Positions 55,599 to 64,000 of a stretch of DNA of 64,000 nt are shown here, piece after piece. The position numbers were made by a program, and so were the translations under genes. Position 1 is the stretch's first letter; each line of letters opens with the position of its first letter. This DNA comes from an uncultured Actinomycetes bacterium (lineage in GTDB: Bacteria > Actinomycetota > UBA4738 > HRBIN12): NCBI GenBank assembly GCA_963704725.1, contig OY969934.1, positions 2,432,001-2,496,000 on the forward strand, given 5' to 3'. The notes below the pieces were generated by a model. The model saw only the letters and a program-made list of their open reading frames with translations. It did no database searches and was not told the origin of the DNA.

Positions 55599-56141
55599 AT
55601 GACCGCCACGGTCACCGCCTCCGAGGTCCTGGTTCTCGGGATCGGCGACGGCCGGCTCGGTGACGAGAGCGTGGGGGTCCACGCGGCCGAGGCCGCCCGC
55701 CGGTGGCTCCCCGCAGAGGTTCGGGTGCTCGCCCTCGACGACATCGGCCCGGCGACGATCGCCGAGCTCGACGGGGCGACCCACATCCTGGTCCTCGACA
55801 GCATCGATGTGGGTCGGGAGCCGGGCACGATCGTCTGGTTCAACGCCGACGACCTGTCGCCATGCGCCACCCGGTCCGTGTATCGATTCGGCGTCGCCGA
55901 TCTGTTGGTCCGCGTGGGCCAGACGACCTCCGCGCCCGCGGAGGCCATCGTCCTGGGTGTCCAACCGTCGTGCGATGGGGGCTGCGACGACCTGTCCCCG
56001 GACGTCGAGGCGGCGGTGCCCCGGCTCGTCGATCAGGCGACGTGGATCGTGCGGGCGTGGCTCGACGGGATCCCGGCTCGCGAGGGATCTCACTCGGCCA
56101 AGCAGCCGTGCGGGGACGGGGCGAGCATCCGGATGGTGTGA
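55599..56141 (+). CDS. HyaD/HybD-like hydrogenase maturation protease homolog, degenerate
   Basis: VLVLGIGD..LGDESVG, LDSID, LGVQP; conserved His appears replaced (SVY). Confidence 0.75.
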   Translation: MTATVTASEVLVLGIGDGRLGDESVGVHAAEAARRWLPAEVRVLALDDIGPATIAELDGATHILVLDSIDVGREPGTIVWFNADDLSPCATRSVYRFGVADLLVRVGQTTSAPAEAIVLGVQPSCDGGCDDLSPDVEAAVPRLVDQATWIVRAWLDGIPAREGSHSAKQPCGDGASIRMV

Positions 56142-56162
56142 GAGGGCGGAGCCGAGGAGGTC

Positions 56163-56633
56163 CTAGCCGAGGAGGTCCTTCTCGAGACCGCGAACGCGCG
56201 CGGCGAGCCCCGACATGATCCGGAAGGCCACGTCGGGCTCGCGCCGAAGGACCTCCCGGAACGCCGATCGCTTCAGACGGATGACGTCGAGCGTGGTCTC
56301 GGCGACGACGCTCGCCGAGCGGGCCGTGCCGTCGATCAACGACATCTCGCCGAAGTGGTCGCCCGGACCGAGGTGCCGCAGGAGCCGCTGGGACGCTCCG
56401 CGCGTGACCCGCGCCCGGCCGTCGAGGATCACGTAGAACGCGAGCGCGGGCTTGCCCTCGTCGATGACGTGTTCCCCCACCGGGATCCAGAGCTCCTCGG
56501 CGAGCGACCCGATCCGTCGCAGATCGCGCTGCGACAGCCCCGAGAACAGCGGCACGCCGCCGAGCACTCGCCATCCGGGGGCCGTGATGCGCTGGACCGT
56601 CCCGACCGTGGGCGCCTTCATCCGTGCCGGCAT
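56163..56633 (-). CDS. Stand-alone cyclic nucleotide-binding domain protein
   Basis: VPLFSGL, GDHFGEMSLI, RSASV; no HTH. Confidence 0.9.
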   Translation of the reverse strand: MPARMKAPTVGTVQRITAPGWRVLGGVPLFSGLSQRDLRRIGSLAEELWIPVGEHVIDEGKPALAFYVILDGRARVTRGASQRLLRHLGPGDHFGEMSLIDGTARSASVVAETTLDVIRLKRSAFREVLRREPDVAFRIMSGLAARVRGLEKDLLG

Positions 56634-56661
56634 GGCATCGCCTCCTCGGATCGGCGTGAGC

Positions 56662-57534
56662 CTATCCTCCCGGCGGCTTCGTCGCCCGAAGGAGCAGGTA
56701 GTCGATCACGCCGCGCCGCCACAGGAGCTCGGCCTGCGCCAGCATGGCGCGACACGCCAGCCGCATCGCGAGCGGCGCGTCGGCCTCGCCGGACTCGAGC
56801 CGGCGGCGCACGAACCGCAGGGCGGGCTCGATCACGCTGCCGCCGACCACCTGGATCCGGACGTCGACGAACCCGGCGCGCACCGCGGCCGCGGCGATCC
56901 GGCCGGCCGAGGCCGCCGCGCTCGAGCGCAGTCCCCACACGCGGAGCTGCGTCAGGCCGGCCACGACCTCCCAGACGCCCCGGGGCATCCGGACCGTCGG
57001 GACGTCGGACATCGAGAGCACGCCGCCCGGTCGCAGGACGCGGAAGGCCTCGCGGAAGAACCGCTCCCGCGACGGGAAGTGGAACGCGGCCTCGACGCTG
57101 ATCACCCCGTCGAAGCTCGCCTCCCGCAGCGGCATCTTGGTGGCGTCGCCGTTCACCGCGGCGGCCGCCGCCTCGACCAGCCGCTCGCGCCCCGCGACGA
57201 GCTGGGAGCGCGTGACGTTCAGCGCCACGAGCCGAGCCGGCTCGGCGACCTGCGCGATGAGCGGATCCTGCGCCCCGAGCCCGTTGCCCACGTCGAGGAT
57301 CGCGCCGTCCCTCGGCAGCTCGGCGGCGAGCGTGGCGACCAGGCGACGGACGGCGGCCGGCGCTTCGGCGGGGTCCCGGCCGTCCCCCTCCCACAGCCCG
57401 AGGTTCAGCCAGCCCTCGTCGAGCGCCAGGAAGAAGTCCGGGCCGATCGAGTCGTAGACCGCCGCGGCGGGGTTCCGCCCCTGCCGCAGGAACGTCGCCG
57501 CGTGCCGGAGGTGGGCCGTCGTCCACGTCGTCAC
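56662..57534 (-). CDS. Class I SAM-dependent methyltransferase
   Basis: LNLGLW, LDVGNGLG, EAAFHF, LRPGG. Confidence 0.88.
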   Translation of the reverse strand: MTTWTTAHLRHAATFLRQGRNPAAAVYDSIGPDFFLALDEGWLNLGLWEGDGRDPAEAPAAVRRLVATLAAELPRDGAILDVGNGLGAQDPLIAQVAEPARLVALNVTRSQLVAGRERLVEAAAAAVNGDATKMPLREASFDGVISVEAAFHFPSRERFFREAFRVLRPGGVLSMSDVPTVRMPRGVWEVVAGLTQLRVWGLRSSAAASAGRIAAAAVRAGFVDVRIQVVGGSVIEPALRFVRRRLESGEADAPLAMRLACRAMLAQAELLWRRGVIDYLLLRATKPPGG

Positions 57535-57649
57535 CGGCTCACCCTAGGGCCTCGCGACGGCGGACCATCTGGACCGACCGCCCGTCGGGCCCCCGCGCTA
57601 GGCTTCGCCGAACCCTGCGGCCGCCGGCACACGGGAGGAGGACGGGTCG

Positions 57650-59008
57650 ATGGGGACGACGATCGACCGCGCCCGGCTGGGCGAGCTCACGGCCCGCGAG
57701 ACCGCGCGGTTCGAGGAGGAGCACCCGGCGTCGCGCGACCTGTTCGAGCGCGGAGCGCGCAACCTGCTCGCCGGCGTCCCCATGCCGTGGATGACGGAGT
57801 GGGCCGGCCCCTTCCCGCTCTTCGTGGCCGAGGCCGAGGGCGCCCGGTTCCGCGACGTCGACGGGCGCGAGTACGTCGATCTCTGCCTCGGCGACACCGG
57901 TGGGATGACGGGCCATGCCCCGAAGGTCGTCGTCGAGGTGATCGCCGAGCAGGCGGCCCGAGGCATCACGCTCATGCTGCCGACGGAGGACGCGATCTGG
58001 GTCGGCGCCGAGATGGAGCGGCGGTTCGGCCTGCCCTTCTGGCAGTTCTGCCTGACGGCCACCGACGCCAACCGCTTCGCGCTCCGGCTGGCGAGGGCGA
58101 TCACCGGCCGGCCGAAGATCCTCGTCTTCAACTACTGCTACCACGGCTCCGTCGACGAGACGATCGTCTCGATCGAGGACGGCGTGCCGGGCCCCCGGCC
58201 CGGGACGATCGGCCCGCCGGTCGATCCCACGGTCACCACGCGGGTGGTCGAGTTCAACGACGTCGACGCGCTCGAGGCGGCGCTGGCCAACGAGGACGTG
58301 GCGTGCGTCCTGGCCGAGCCGGCGCTCACGAACATCGGCATCGTGCTCCCCGACCCCGGCTACCACGACGCCCTGCGCGAGCTCACCCGGCGCCACGGCA
58401 CCTACCTGGTGATCGACGAGACGCACTGCATCTGCGCCGGCCCGGGCGGCGCGACGCGGGCCTGGGACCTCGAGCCGGACTTCCTGACGATCGGCAAGCC
58501 GCTCGCCAGCGGCGTCCCGGCCGCGTGCTACGGCATGAGCGCGGAGGTCGCCGAGCGCTCGCAGGCGTTCATGGACGCGCTCCCCACCACCGACGTCGGC
58601 GGGATCGGCGGGACGCTCGCGGGCAACGCGCTCTCGCTCGCGGCGATGCGGGCCACGCTCGAGCACGTGCTCACCGACGAGGCCTTCGAGCGGATGCTCC
58701 GGCTCGGCGAGCGGTGGGAGGCCGGCGTGCGCGACGCGATCGAGCGGCACGGGCTGCCGTGGGACGTCCAACGTCTCGGCTGCCGCGCCGAGTACTGGTT
58801 CACGCCCTCGCCGCCGCGCAACGGGGGGCAGGCGGCGGCCGCCGACGACCACGAGCTGGCCGGGTTCACGCACCTGTACGCGCTCAACCGCGGGATCCTC
58901 CTCACGCCGTTCCACAACATGGCGTTGATGTCTCCGGCGACCACCGAACAGGACGTGGACGCACATTCGCGCGTGTTCGAGGAGATGTGCGGGGAGCTCA
59001 CGGCATGA
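57650..59008 (+). CDS. Class III PLP aminotransferase (GSA-like family)
   Basis: GVPMPWM, LGDTG, YHGSVDE, IDETH, GKPLASG, GGTLAGN. Confidence 0.88.
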   Translation: MGTTIDRARLGELTARETARFEEEHPASRDLFERGARNLLAGVPMPWMTEWAGPFPLFVAEAEGARFRDVDGREYVDLCLGDTGGMTGHAPKVVVEVIAEQAARGITLMLPTEDAIWVGAEMERRFGLPFWQFCLTATDANRFALRLARAITGRPKILVFNYCYHGSVDETIVSIEDGVPGPRPGTIGPPVDPTVTTRVVEFNDVDALEAALANEDVACVLAEPALTNIGIVLPDPGYHDALRELTRRHGTYLVIDETHCICAGPGGATRAWDLEPDFLTIGKPLASGVPAACYGMSAEVAERSQAFMDALPTTDVGGIGGTLAGNALSLAAMRATLEHVLTDEAFERMLRLGERWEAGVRDAIERHGLPWDVQRLGCRAEYWFTPSPPRNGGQAAAADDHELAGFTHLYALNRGILLTPFHNMALMSPATTEQDVDAHSRVFEEMCGELTA

Positions 59009-59367
59009 CCGGCCCGAAGATCTCCCACGTCATGATCGACGCGCGCGACCCCGAGGGGCTCGCGCGCTTCTGGACCGCGCTCCTCGAGACCGAGGTCGTG
59101 TCCCGCTTCGACGAGGGGCGGTTCGTATTCCTCGCCTCCGCCGATCAGGGCGTCGCCATCGGGATCCAGCGCGTGCCCGAAGCCAAGGTCACGAAGAACC
59201 GCGTGCACGTCGACATCGAGGTGGACGACCTCGAGGCGTGGACCCGATGGGTGCGTCAGCACGGCGGCGCACGCGTCGCCGACCACCAAGCTGCCGGCAT
59301 CCACTGGCGGATCATGGCCGACCCCGAGGGCAACGAGTTCTGCCTGGTGCCGCGTCCCACCGACTGA
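59005..59367 (+). CDS. VOC family protein
   Basis: LARFW, KNRVHVD, MADPEGNEFC; ATGA overlap. Confidence 0.9.
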   Translation: MTGPKISHVMIDARDPEGLARFWTALLETEVVSRFDEGRFVFLASADQGVAIGIQRVPEAKVTKNRVHVDIEVDDLEAWTRWVRQHGGARVADHQAAGIHWRIMADPEGNEFCLVPRPTD

Positions 59368-59431
59368 GGTTGCGGAGCCCCAAGGATGGGCTCCGATGAT
59401 GCAAAGCGAGGGACGACGTGGGAGTGAAGTG

Positions 59432-59866
59432 ATGGATGAGAGCAGCCTGCCCGTAGTTCGGTTCCTGGAAGCCTTGGATCATGTCCACACGCGTCTTGCT
59501 GAGATCGCGAACACCGTCCGCCTTTGGCCAGAGGTTGTGATGGCCCGGGCCGCACCGGCCCAGCTTGCGAGCTCTCCTTTCCGAGTCGGGATCGAGGCAT
59601 TCGACGGCGCCATCTCCTTGGGGATGGGAGTCAAATGGAAGGACGGGAGGTCGGTCGAATGGGATATCCAGCTTTGCTGGACTACAGAGGATTGGACCGT
59701 GCGCGGTGACGTTGGTCTCGACAGTGATAGCGGTCGCGTCGTACTTCAGGAGCTTGGGCGCTGGGCGTCGTCGGACGTGGACCGATGCATGCGGACCCTC
59801 GACAAGCTGGTCGACCGCCTGGAGGCAGGACTCCCGGAGATTCACGCGTCGATCGATCCTGAATGA
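59432..59866 (+). CDS. Hypothetical protein with atypical (lower-GC) codon usage
   Basis: Open frame with many A/T-ending codons; no recognised motif; start uncertain (59396 possible). Confidence 0.5.
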   Translation: MDESSLPVVRFLEALDHVHTRLAEIANTVRLWPEVVMARAAPAQLASSPFRVGIEAFDGAISLGMGVKWKDGRSVEWDIQLCWTTEDWTVRGDVGLDSDSGRVVLQELGRWASSDVDRCMRTLDKLVDRLEAGLPEIHASIDPE

Positions 59867-60101
59867 CGTTGGCGTCTCGGCCCTGCGAGAGGGTGTCCCG
59901 ATCTTGGACACATCAGGCCTCAACCATGGGTTGGGTTCGGCGGCGCATGGCCATCGGGGTGAGGACCCGATCGCTTCGTGTGGCCGGATCTCGTTGAGAT
60001 CCCGCGGAACTGCTCCACCTCCTCGGGGTTTGGGCGTCGGGTATTCCCTCCCAGAGCCGGACCTGTGCTTCGGCTCTCGTTGAAACCGCTCCACGACGGG
60101 C

Positions 60102-61289
60102 TCAGGCGCGATCGGCGCGGAGCACCTGGCGGAGGCGGACACGCCCGCTCTGGAGCACCGCTCGCGAGTAGATCTTCGTGGCGATCGGCACGAGCGCGAT
60201 CGTCGCGCCGATCGAGATCGCGGCCGACAGCGCCGCGCCCAGCACGCCGCCCTCCCCGAGCACGACGCGCGACGGCATGACGAGCGGCGCCGAGAACGGC
60301 AGCAGCGAGGCGACCGTCGCGAGCGTCGAGGAGGGATTGCCGTTCGCGCTGATGCCGATGAAGAAGGACGCGACGATGAGGATCGTGAGCGGCGTCATCG
60401 TGCTCTGCAGGTCCTCCTGCCGCGTGACGATCGAGCCGGCGACGGCGAAGAGCCCCGCGTAGAAGAAGTAGCCGAGGACGAACCACACGAGCACGATGCC
60501 GATCGTGGCGATCGCGCCCGACGGGAAGTCGAGCGAACCCACCGCCTGCGCGGTGCCGAGCCCCACGAGCGCGATCAGCAGGAGCTGGGCCAGCCCGAGC
60601 AGCCCGATCCCGACGATCTTGCCCCGCAGCAGCTGCGAGGGCCGCACCGTCGCCAGCAGGACCTCGACGACGCGCGTGGACTTCTCCTCGACGACGCCCG
60701 ACGCGACCCAGTAGCCGTACGCGAACAGCTGCCCGTACAGCGCGAGCACGCCGACGAACGCCACCGCGGAGTTCTCGTGCCGCCGCCGGTTCACGGGCTC
60801 CAGCGCCCGCACGGGCAGCGGCGCCTGGTTCAGCGCCGACCCGACCTGCTCCGACGTGAGCCCGGCCGCCTCGAGGGCCGCCTCCGAGCGAAGGCGCAGC
60901 GACACCGTCTGGATCACGCCCACCAGGGTCGCGGGAGGCTCGCCCTTCACGACGATGCGCTCGCCGCCCAGGAGCGCGGCGTCGGCGGTGCCGTCGCGGA
61001 CGGCCGCGGTCGCGGCCGCGTCGTCCGGGAGCGTTCGCACCTTCACGTCGACGTCGAGCAGGTCCGCGGCCGCAGCCACCAGGCGGCCCACCGGCGCCGA
61101 TCCCTCGCCGACGACCACCAGGTCGAAGCTCGAGCCGCGCCCGAACAACGAGCTCGCCACGATCACGCCGGCCAGGATGAGCAGGGTGATCGCGGTGGAG
61201 ATGGCGAACCCCCGGTCGCGACCGCGCTCGACGAACTCCCGCCGGGCCACGATCGCCCACACGCGTCTCGGAGCTCCGCCTTCGCTCAC
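60102..61289 (-). CDS. ABC-2 type transporter permease
   Basis: VARREF, GVVEEKSTRVVEVLL, LLRGK, LPFSAPLVMP. Confidence 0.9.
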   Translation of the reverse strand: MSEGGAPRRVWAIVARREFVERGRDRGFAISTAITLLILAGVIVASSLFGRGSSFDLVVVGEGSAPVGRLVAAAADLLDVDVKVRTLPDDAAATAAVRDGTADAALLGGERIVVKGEPPATLVGVIQTVSLRLRSEAALEAAGLTSEQVGSALNQAPLPVRALEPVNRRRHENSAVAFVGVLALYGQLFAYGYWVASGVVEEKSTRVVEVLLATVRPSQLLRGKIVGIGLLGLAQLLLIALVGLGTAQAVGSLDFPSGAIATIGIVLVWFVLGYFFYAGLFAVAGSIVTRQEDLQSTMTPLTILIVASFFIGISANGNPSSTLATVASLLPFSAPLVMPSRVVLGEGGVLGAALSAAISIGATIALVPIATKIYSRAVLQSGRVRLRQVLRADRA

Positions 61290-62176
61290 GCCTGCACCGC
61301 CTGACGGAAGAGGTCGGTCAGGCTCGGCTGGACGACGCTGAAGTGGCGGACCTCGCCGGCCGCCCGCGCCGCGTCGAGCACGTCCCGTTCGCGCGCATGA
61401 TCCGTGACCTCGAGGATCGCCCCGTTCGGCAGCGGCTCGAGGACCCGGACCCCGGCGATCCCCTCGAGCCATCCCGGCGCCGCCCCCTCGACCTCCACCC
61501 GCAGCAGCCGCCGGGCGTCGGCGGCCCGGAGCTCGGCGATGCGCCCGGCCGCCACGATGCGGCCCTTGTGGATCAGCACGACCTTCTCGCACAGGCGCTC
61601 CACGAGCTCGAGCTGGTGGCTCGAGAACACGACCGGCACCCCGGATGCCGCCTGCTCCCGCAACACGCCGGAGAGCACGTCGACGCCGACGGGGTCGAGT
61701 CCGCTGAACGGCTCGTCGAGGACGAGCGCCTCCGGCCGGTGCACCAGCGCCGCCGCGAGCTGGACGCGCTGCTGGTTCCCGAGCGAGAGCGCCTCGGTCC
61801 GGTCCCGGCCACGGTCGCCCACGCCGAGGATCCCCGCCGTGCGCTCGGCCTGCGCGCGGGCGTCGACGGGCTCCAACCCGTGGAGGCGGGCCAGGTACAC
61901 GAGCTGGTCGAGGACCCGCATCTTCGGGTACAGGCCGCGCTCCTCCGGCATGTAGCCGAAGCGCCGGCGGACCTCGGCGTCCACCGGCCGGTCCCTCCAC
62001 CGGACCTCGCCGGCGTCGGCCCGGAGCACGCCGAGAGCGATCCGCATCGCGGTCGTCTTGCCGGCCCCGTTCGGGCCGACGAAGCCGACCATCTCGCCCT
62101 CGCCCACCGAGAACGTCACGTCGTCGAGCGCCACGACGTCGCCGAACCGCCGGGAGAGGTGGCTGAGCTCGAGCAC
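61286..62176 (-). CDS. ABC transporter ATP-binding protein
   Basis: Walker A GPNGAGKT, LSLGNQQ, LDEPFSGLDP, SSH. Confidence 0.95.
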   Translation of the reverse strand: MLELSHLSRRFGDVVALDDVTFSVGEGEMVGFVGPNGAGKTTAMRIALGVLRADAGEVRWRDRPVDAEVRRRFGYMPEERGLYPKMRVLDQLVYLARLHGLEPVDARAQAERTAGILGVGDRGRDRTEALSLGNQQRVQLAAALVHRPEALVLDEPFSGLDPVGVDVLSGVLREQAASGVPVVFSSHQLELVERLCEKVVLIHKGRIVAAGRIAELRAADARRLLRVEVEGAAPGWLEGIAGVRVLEPLPNGAILEVTDHARERDVLDAARAAGEVRHFSVVQPSLTDLFRQAVQA

Positions 62177-62219
62177 GGGCCTAGGGTACGGGAGGACCCG
62201 CGTGCGCACCGTCGAACGG

Positions 62220-63146
62220 TCAGGAAGCGACGGTCAGGACGGCCTTGCCGTTCACGCGCCGCTGCATGAGGGCATCGATCGCACTCGCGGCCTCGGTCCA
62301 CGGAACCTGCAGGTCGACATGCGACGCCAGCCGTCCCTCCGCGACCAACTGGGCCAGCGCCGCGAGGCGGCTCGTCCCGATCCGGCCGTGGAGCAGCTCG
62401 TGGGTCACGAAGTACCCGACGATGCTCGGCCCGCCCTTGCGGTACAGGGTCCGGGGGTCGAACGTGACGGGCTCGTTCGACGAGTTACCGAACGTCACGA
62501 CGATCCCCTGCGAGGCCACGCGGGCGATCGCCGCGCCGAGCGAGGCGCCCCCCACCGATTCGACCACGAGGTCGAAGGGATCTCCCTGCGGCTCGAGGCC
62601 GACGACGATCTCGTCGGCGCCGAGCTCCTTGAGCCCCTCGCCCCGTTCCGGGCGGCCCACCACGGCGGTGACGTGCGCGCCGGCCATGTGGGCGAGTTGG
62701 ATCGCGAACCGACCGACGCCGCCGGCGGCGCCCGTGACGGCGACGCGCCCGCCGAGGAGCGTGCCGGGGATCGCCAGGACGCCCGCCGCCGTCAGCCCGG
62801 CGACGGGGATCGTCGAGGCGATCTCGAACGACAGATCCTCGGGGATCGCCGCGAGATGGTCCGTGCGGACCGCCGCCCGCTCGGCCCACGCCCCCCCGTT
62901 CACCCAACCGACCACCCGGGCACCCGGGGGCGGCCCGCCCGCGGCGGATGAGCGCTCGACGACCCCGGCGAGGTCCCATCCGGGACGCCACCCGTCCTCG
63001 GCGCTGCGAAGCGCACCGCACTCGCCTCGGTTCAGCGAGACGGCCCGGACGACGACGACGGCCTGGTCGGGGGCCGGGTCCGGTTCCGGGACGTCGCGGA
63101 TCTCGATCCCCCCGGCCGCGGCGGGGGCCGCGACGAGGGCTCTCAC
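62220..63146 (-). CDS. Zinc-binding (MDR) dehydrogenase / quinone reductase-like
   Basis: SLNRGE, PGWDLAG, PVAGLTA, TGAAGGVG, GKAVL. Confidence 0.9.
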   Translation of the reverse strand: MRALVAAPAAAGGIEIRDVPEPDPAPDQAVVVVRAVSLNRGECGALRSAEDGWRPGWDLAGVVERSSAAGGPPPGARVVGWVNGGAWAERAAVRTDHLAAIPEDLSFEIASTIPVAGLTAAGVLAIPGTLLGGRVAVTGAAGGVGRFAIQLAHMAGAHVTAVVGRPERGEGLKELGADEIVVGLEPQGDPFDLVVESVGGASLGAAIARVASQGIVVTFGNSSNEPVTFDPRTLYRKGGPSIVGYFVTHELLHGRIGTSRLAALAQLVAEGRLASHVDLQVPWTEAASAIDALMQRRVNGKAVLTVAS

Positions 63147-63222
63147 CGGATTCCCGCCGCTCGTCGCATCCTCTGATCGTAGCCGGACCGAGGCCGCGGC
63201 CGGCGTCTCGCGACGGCGGGCA

Positions 63223-63831
63223 TCAATCGGTCGCCGGTGCCGACACGCCCACGACGTGCCCGATCCACTCGTCGCGTTCGAGGGCGTCGAGGGTGAAGGT
63301 GGCGAAGTCGCCGGCGCTGATCCGGCGGGTCGGCGCCTTCGCATCCAGCACGAACTGGTAGGAGCCGGCCGCCTCGTCGTCGGTGACCCATCCGGCCGCG
63401 CCGATCGTCCAGTCGAGCCCACTCGATTCCGCGGCCGCCCGGTTCCGCCGGTGCTCGCGGCCCATCGCCGCGAACTCGCCCGTGAGCTCGCCCTCGGTCA
63501 GGACGTCGTTGTTCGCCGTGATCACCACTCGCCGGACGCCTGCCCGCGCGGTCGCCTCGAGGACCATCCGCGTCGCCTCCGAATGCTCCCCCTCGCGTTC
63601 GGGGGACATGAGCGCGAGCACCGAGACCACGGCACCCGACCCGGCGACCGCCCGCTCCGCCGACCGCGGGTCCCGCGCGTCGCCCTCGACGACCACGAGG
63701 CCGGCCGCGTCTCGACCCCCGAACCTCGATGCGTCGCGGACGAACGCCACGACCTCGTGTCCCCGGGCGAGACCCTGGCGGACCACCTCCCGCCCGGTTC
63801 GACCCGACGCGCCGAACACGACAAGCCTCAT
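63223..63831 (-). CDS. NAD(P)H-binding atypical SDR (flavin reductase-like)
   Basis: FGASGRTG, GHEVVAFVRD, SGLDWT. Confidence 0.88.
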   Translation of the reverse strand: MRLVVFGASGRTGREVVRQGLARGHEVVAFVRDASRFGGRDAAGLVVVEGDARDPRSAERAVAGSGAVVSVLALMSPEREGEHSEATRMVLEATARAGVRRVVITANNDVLTEGELTGEFAAMGREHRRNRAAAESSGLDWTIGAAGWVTDDEAAGSYQFVLDAKAPTRRISAGDFATFTLDALERDEWIGHVVGVSAPATD

Positions 63832-63855
63832 CCGTCGGAGCCTAGCGCGCTCGCC

Positions 63856-64000
63856 TCACCTGGGCAGGAGCTCCACGGCGAGGAGTAGCCACGACATGAT
63901 CTGCGGCGTCCCCGAGTCGTCGACGAACGTGGCGGCCACGTTCGTCGTCGGCGACCTGGACCAGAAGGTGGCGATCTGGTAGCTGCTGGGACTGGACTCC
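63856..64000 (-). CDS. 3' end of an unidentified gene running off the window, possibly frameshifted
   Basis: Coding-like YQIATFWSRS..VAATFVDDS, then another frame IMSWLLLAVELLPR-stop. Confidence 0.35.
   Translation of the reverse strand, partial: ESSPSSYQIATFWSRSPTTNVAATFVDDSGTPQIMSWLLLAVELLPR

Noticed and set aside
1-64000. CRISPR array, integrase/transposase, rRNA or recognisable riboswitch
   Set aside because: No regularly spaced repeats or recombinase motifs seen; long intergenic regions (24951-25165, 41303-41439, 55398-55598) show no riboswitch consensus I can recognise, though an Infernal/Rfam scan was not possible.

Overview
Very GC-rich (about 70% by eye) chromosomal segment, almost certainly from an Actinomycetota genome. 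Evidence for the lineage: the gene order mec-cysO-cysM-murI-MBL-rph-rdgB, tRNA-His/Lys/Leu nearby, and many TANNNT leaderless starts. Layout: (i) 1.5-18.5 kb is an accessory stretch between tRNA-Lys and tRNA-Leu, with an ECF sigma factor, a PolX-derived PHP protein, an adenylate cyclase, an uncharacterised four-gene cluster (uracil-DNA-glycosylase-like protein, amidohydrolase, cytoplasmic subtilase, propeptide-like protein), an AraC/VOC/MFS module with a repeated operator-like motif, and decayed genes. (ii) 18.9-25 kb encodes secreted glycan/redox enzymes. (iii) 25-41 kb is core genes, including the CysO sulfur-carrier cysteine pathway with selD directly upstream. (iv) 41.4-56.1 kb is an anaerobic energy block: a complete hdrCBA-mvhDGA (group 3c [NiFe]-hydrogenase/heterodisulfide reductase) operon with maturation protease and hypA, then a translationally coupled pntA1-A2-B-malic enzyme operon and a second, degenerate maturation protease. 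Each of the three units is preceded by paired GGG-N8-CCC boxes resembling DosR/DevR sites. This block and the UDG-amidohydrolase-subtilase cluster are the best candidates for undescribed systems. I saw no CRISPR array, integrase, transposase or rRNA. All product calls come from motif recognition, not database searches.
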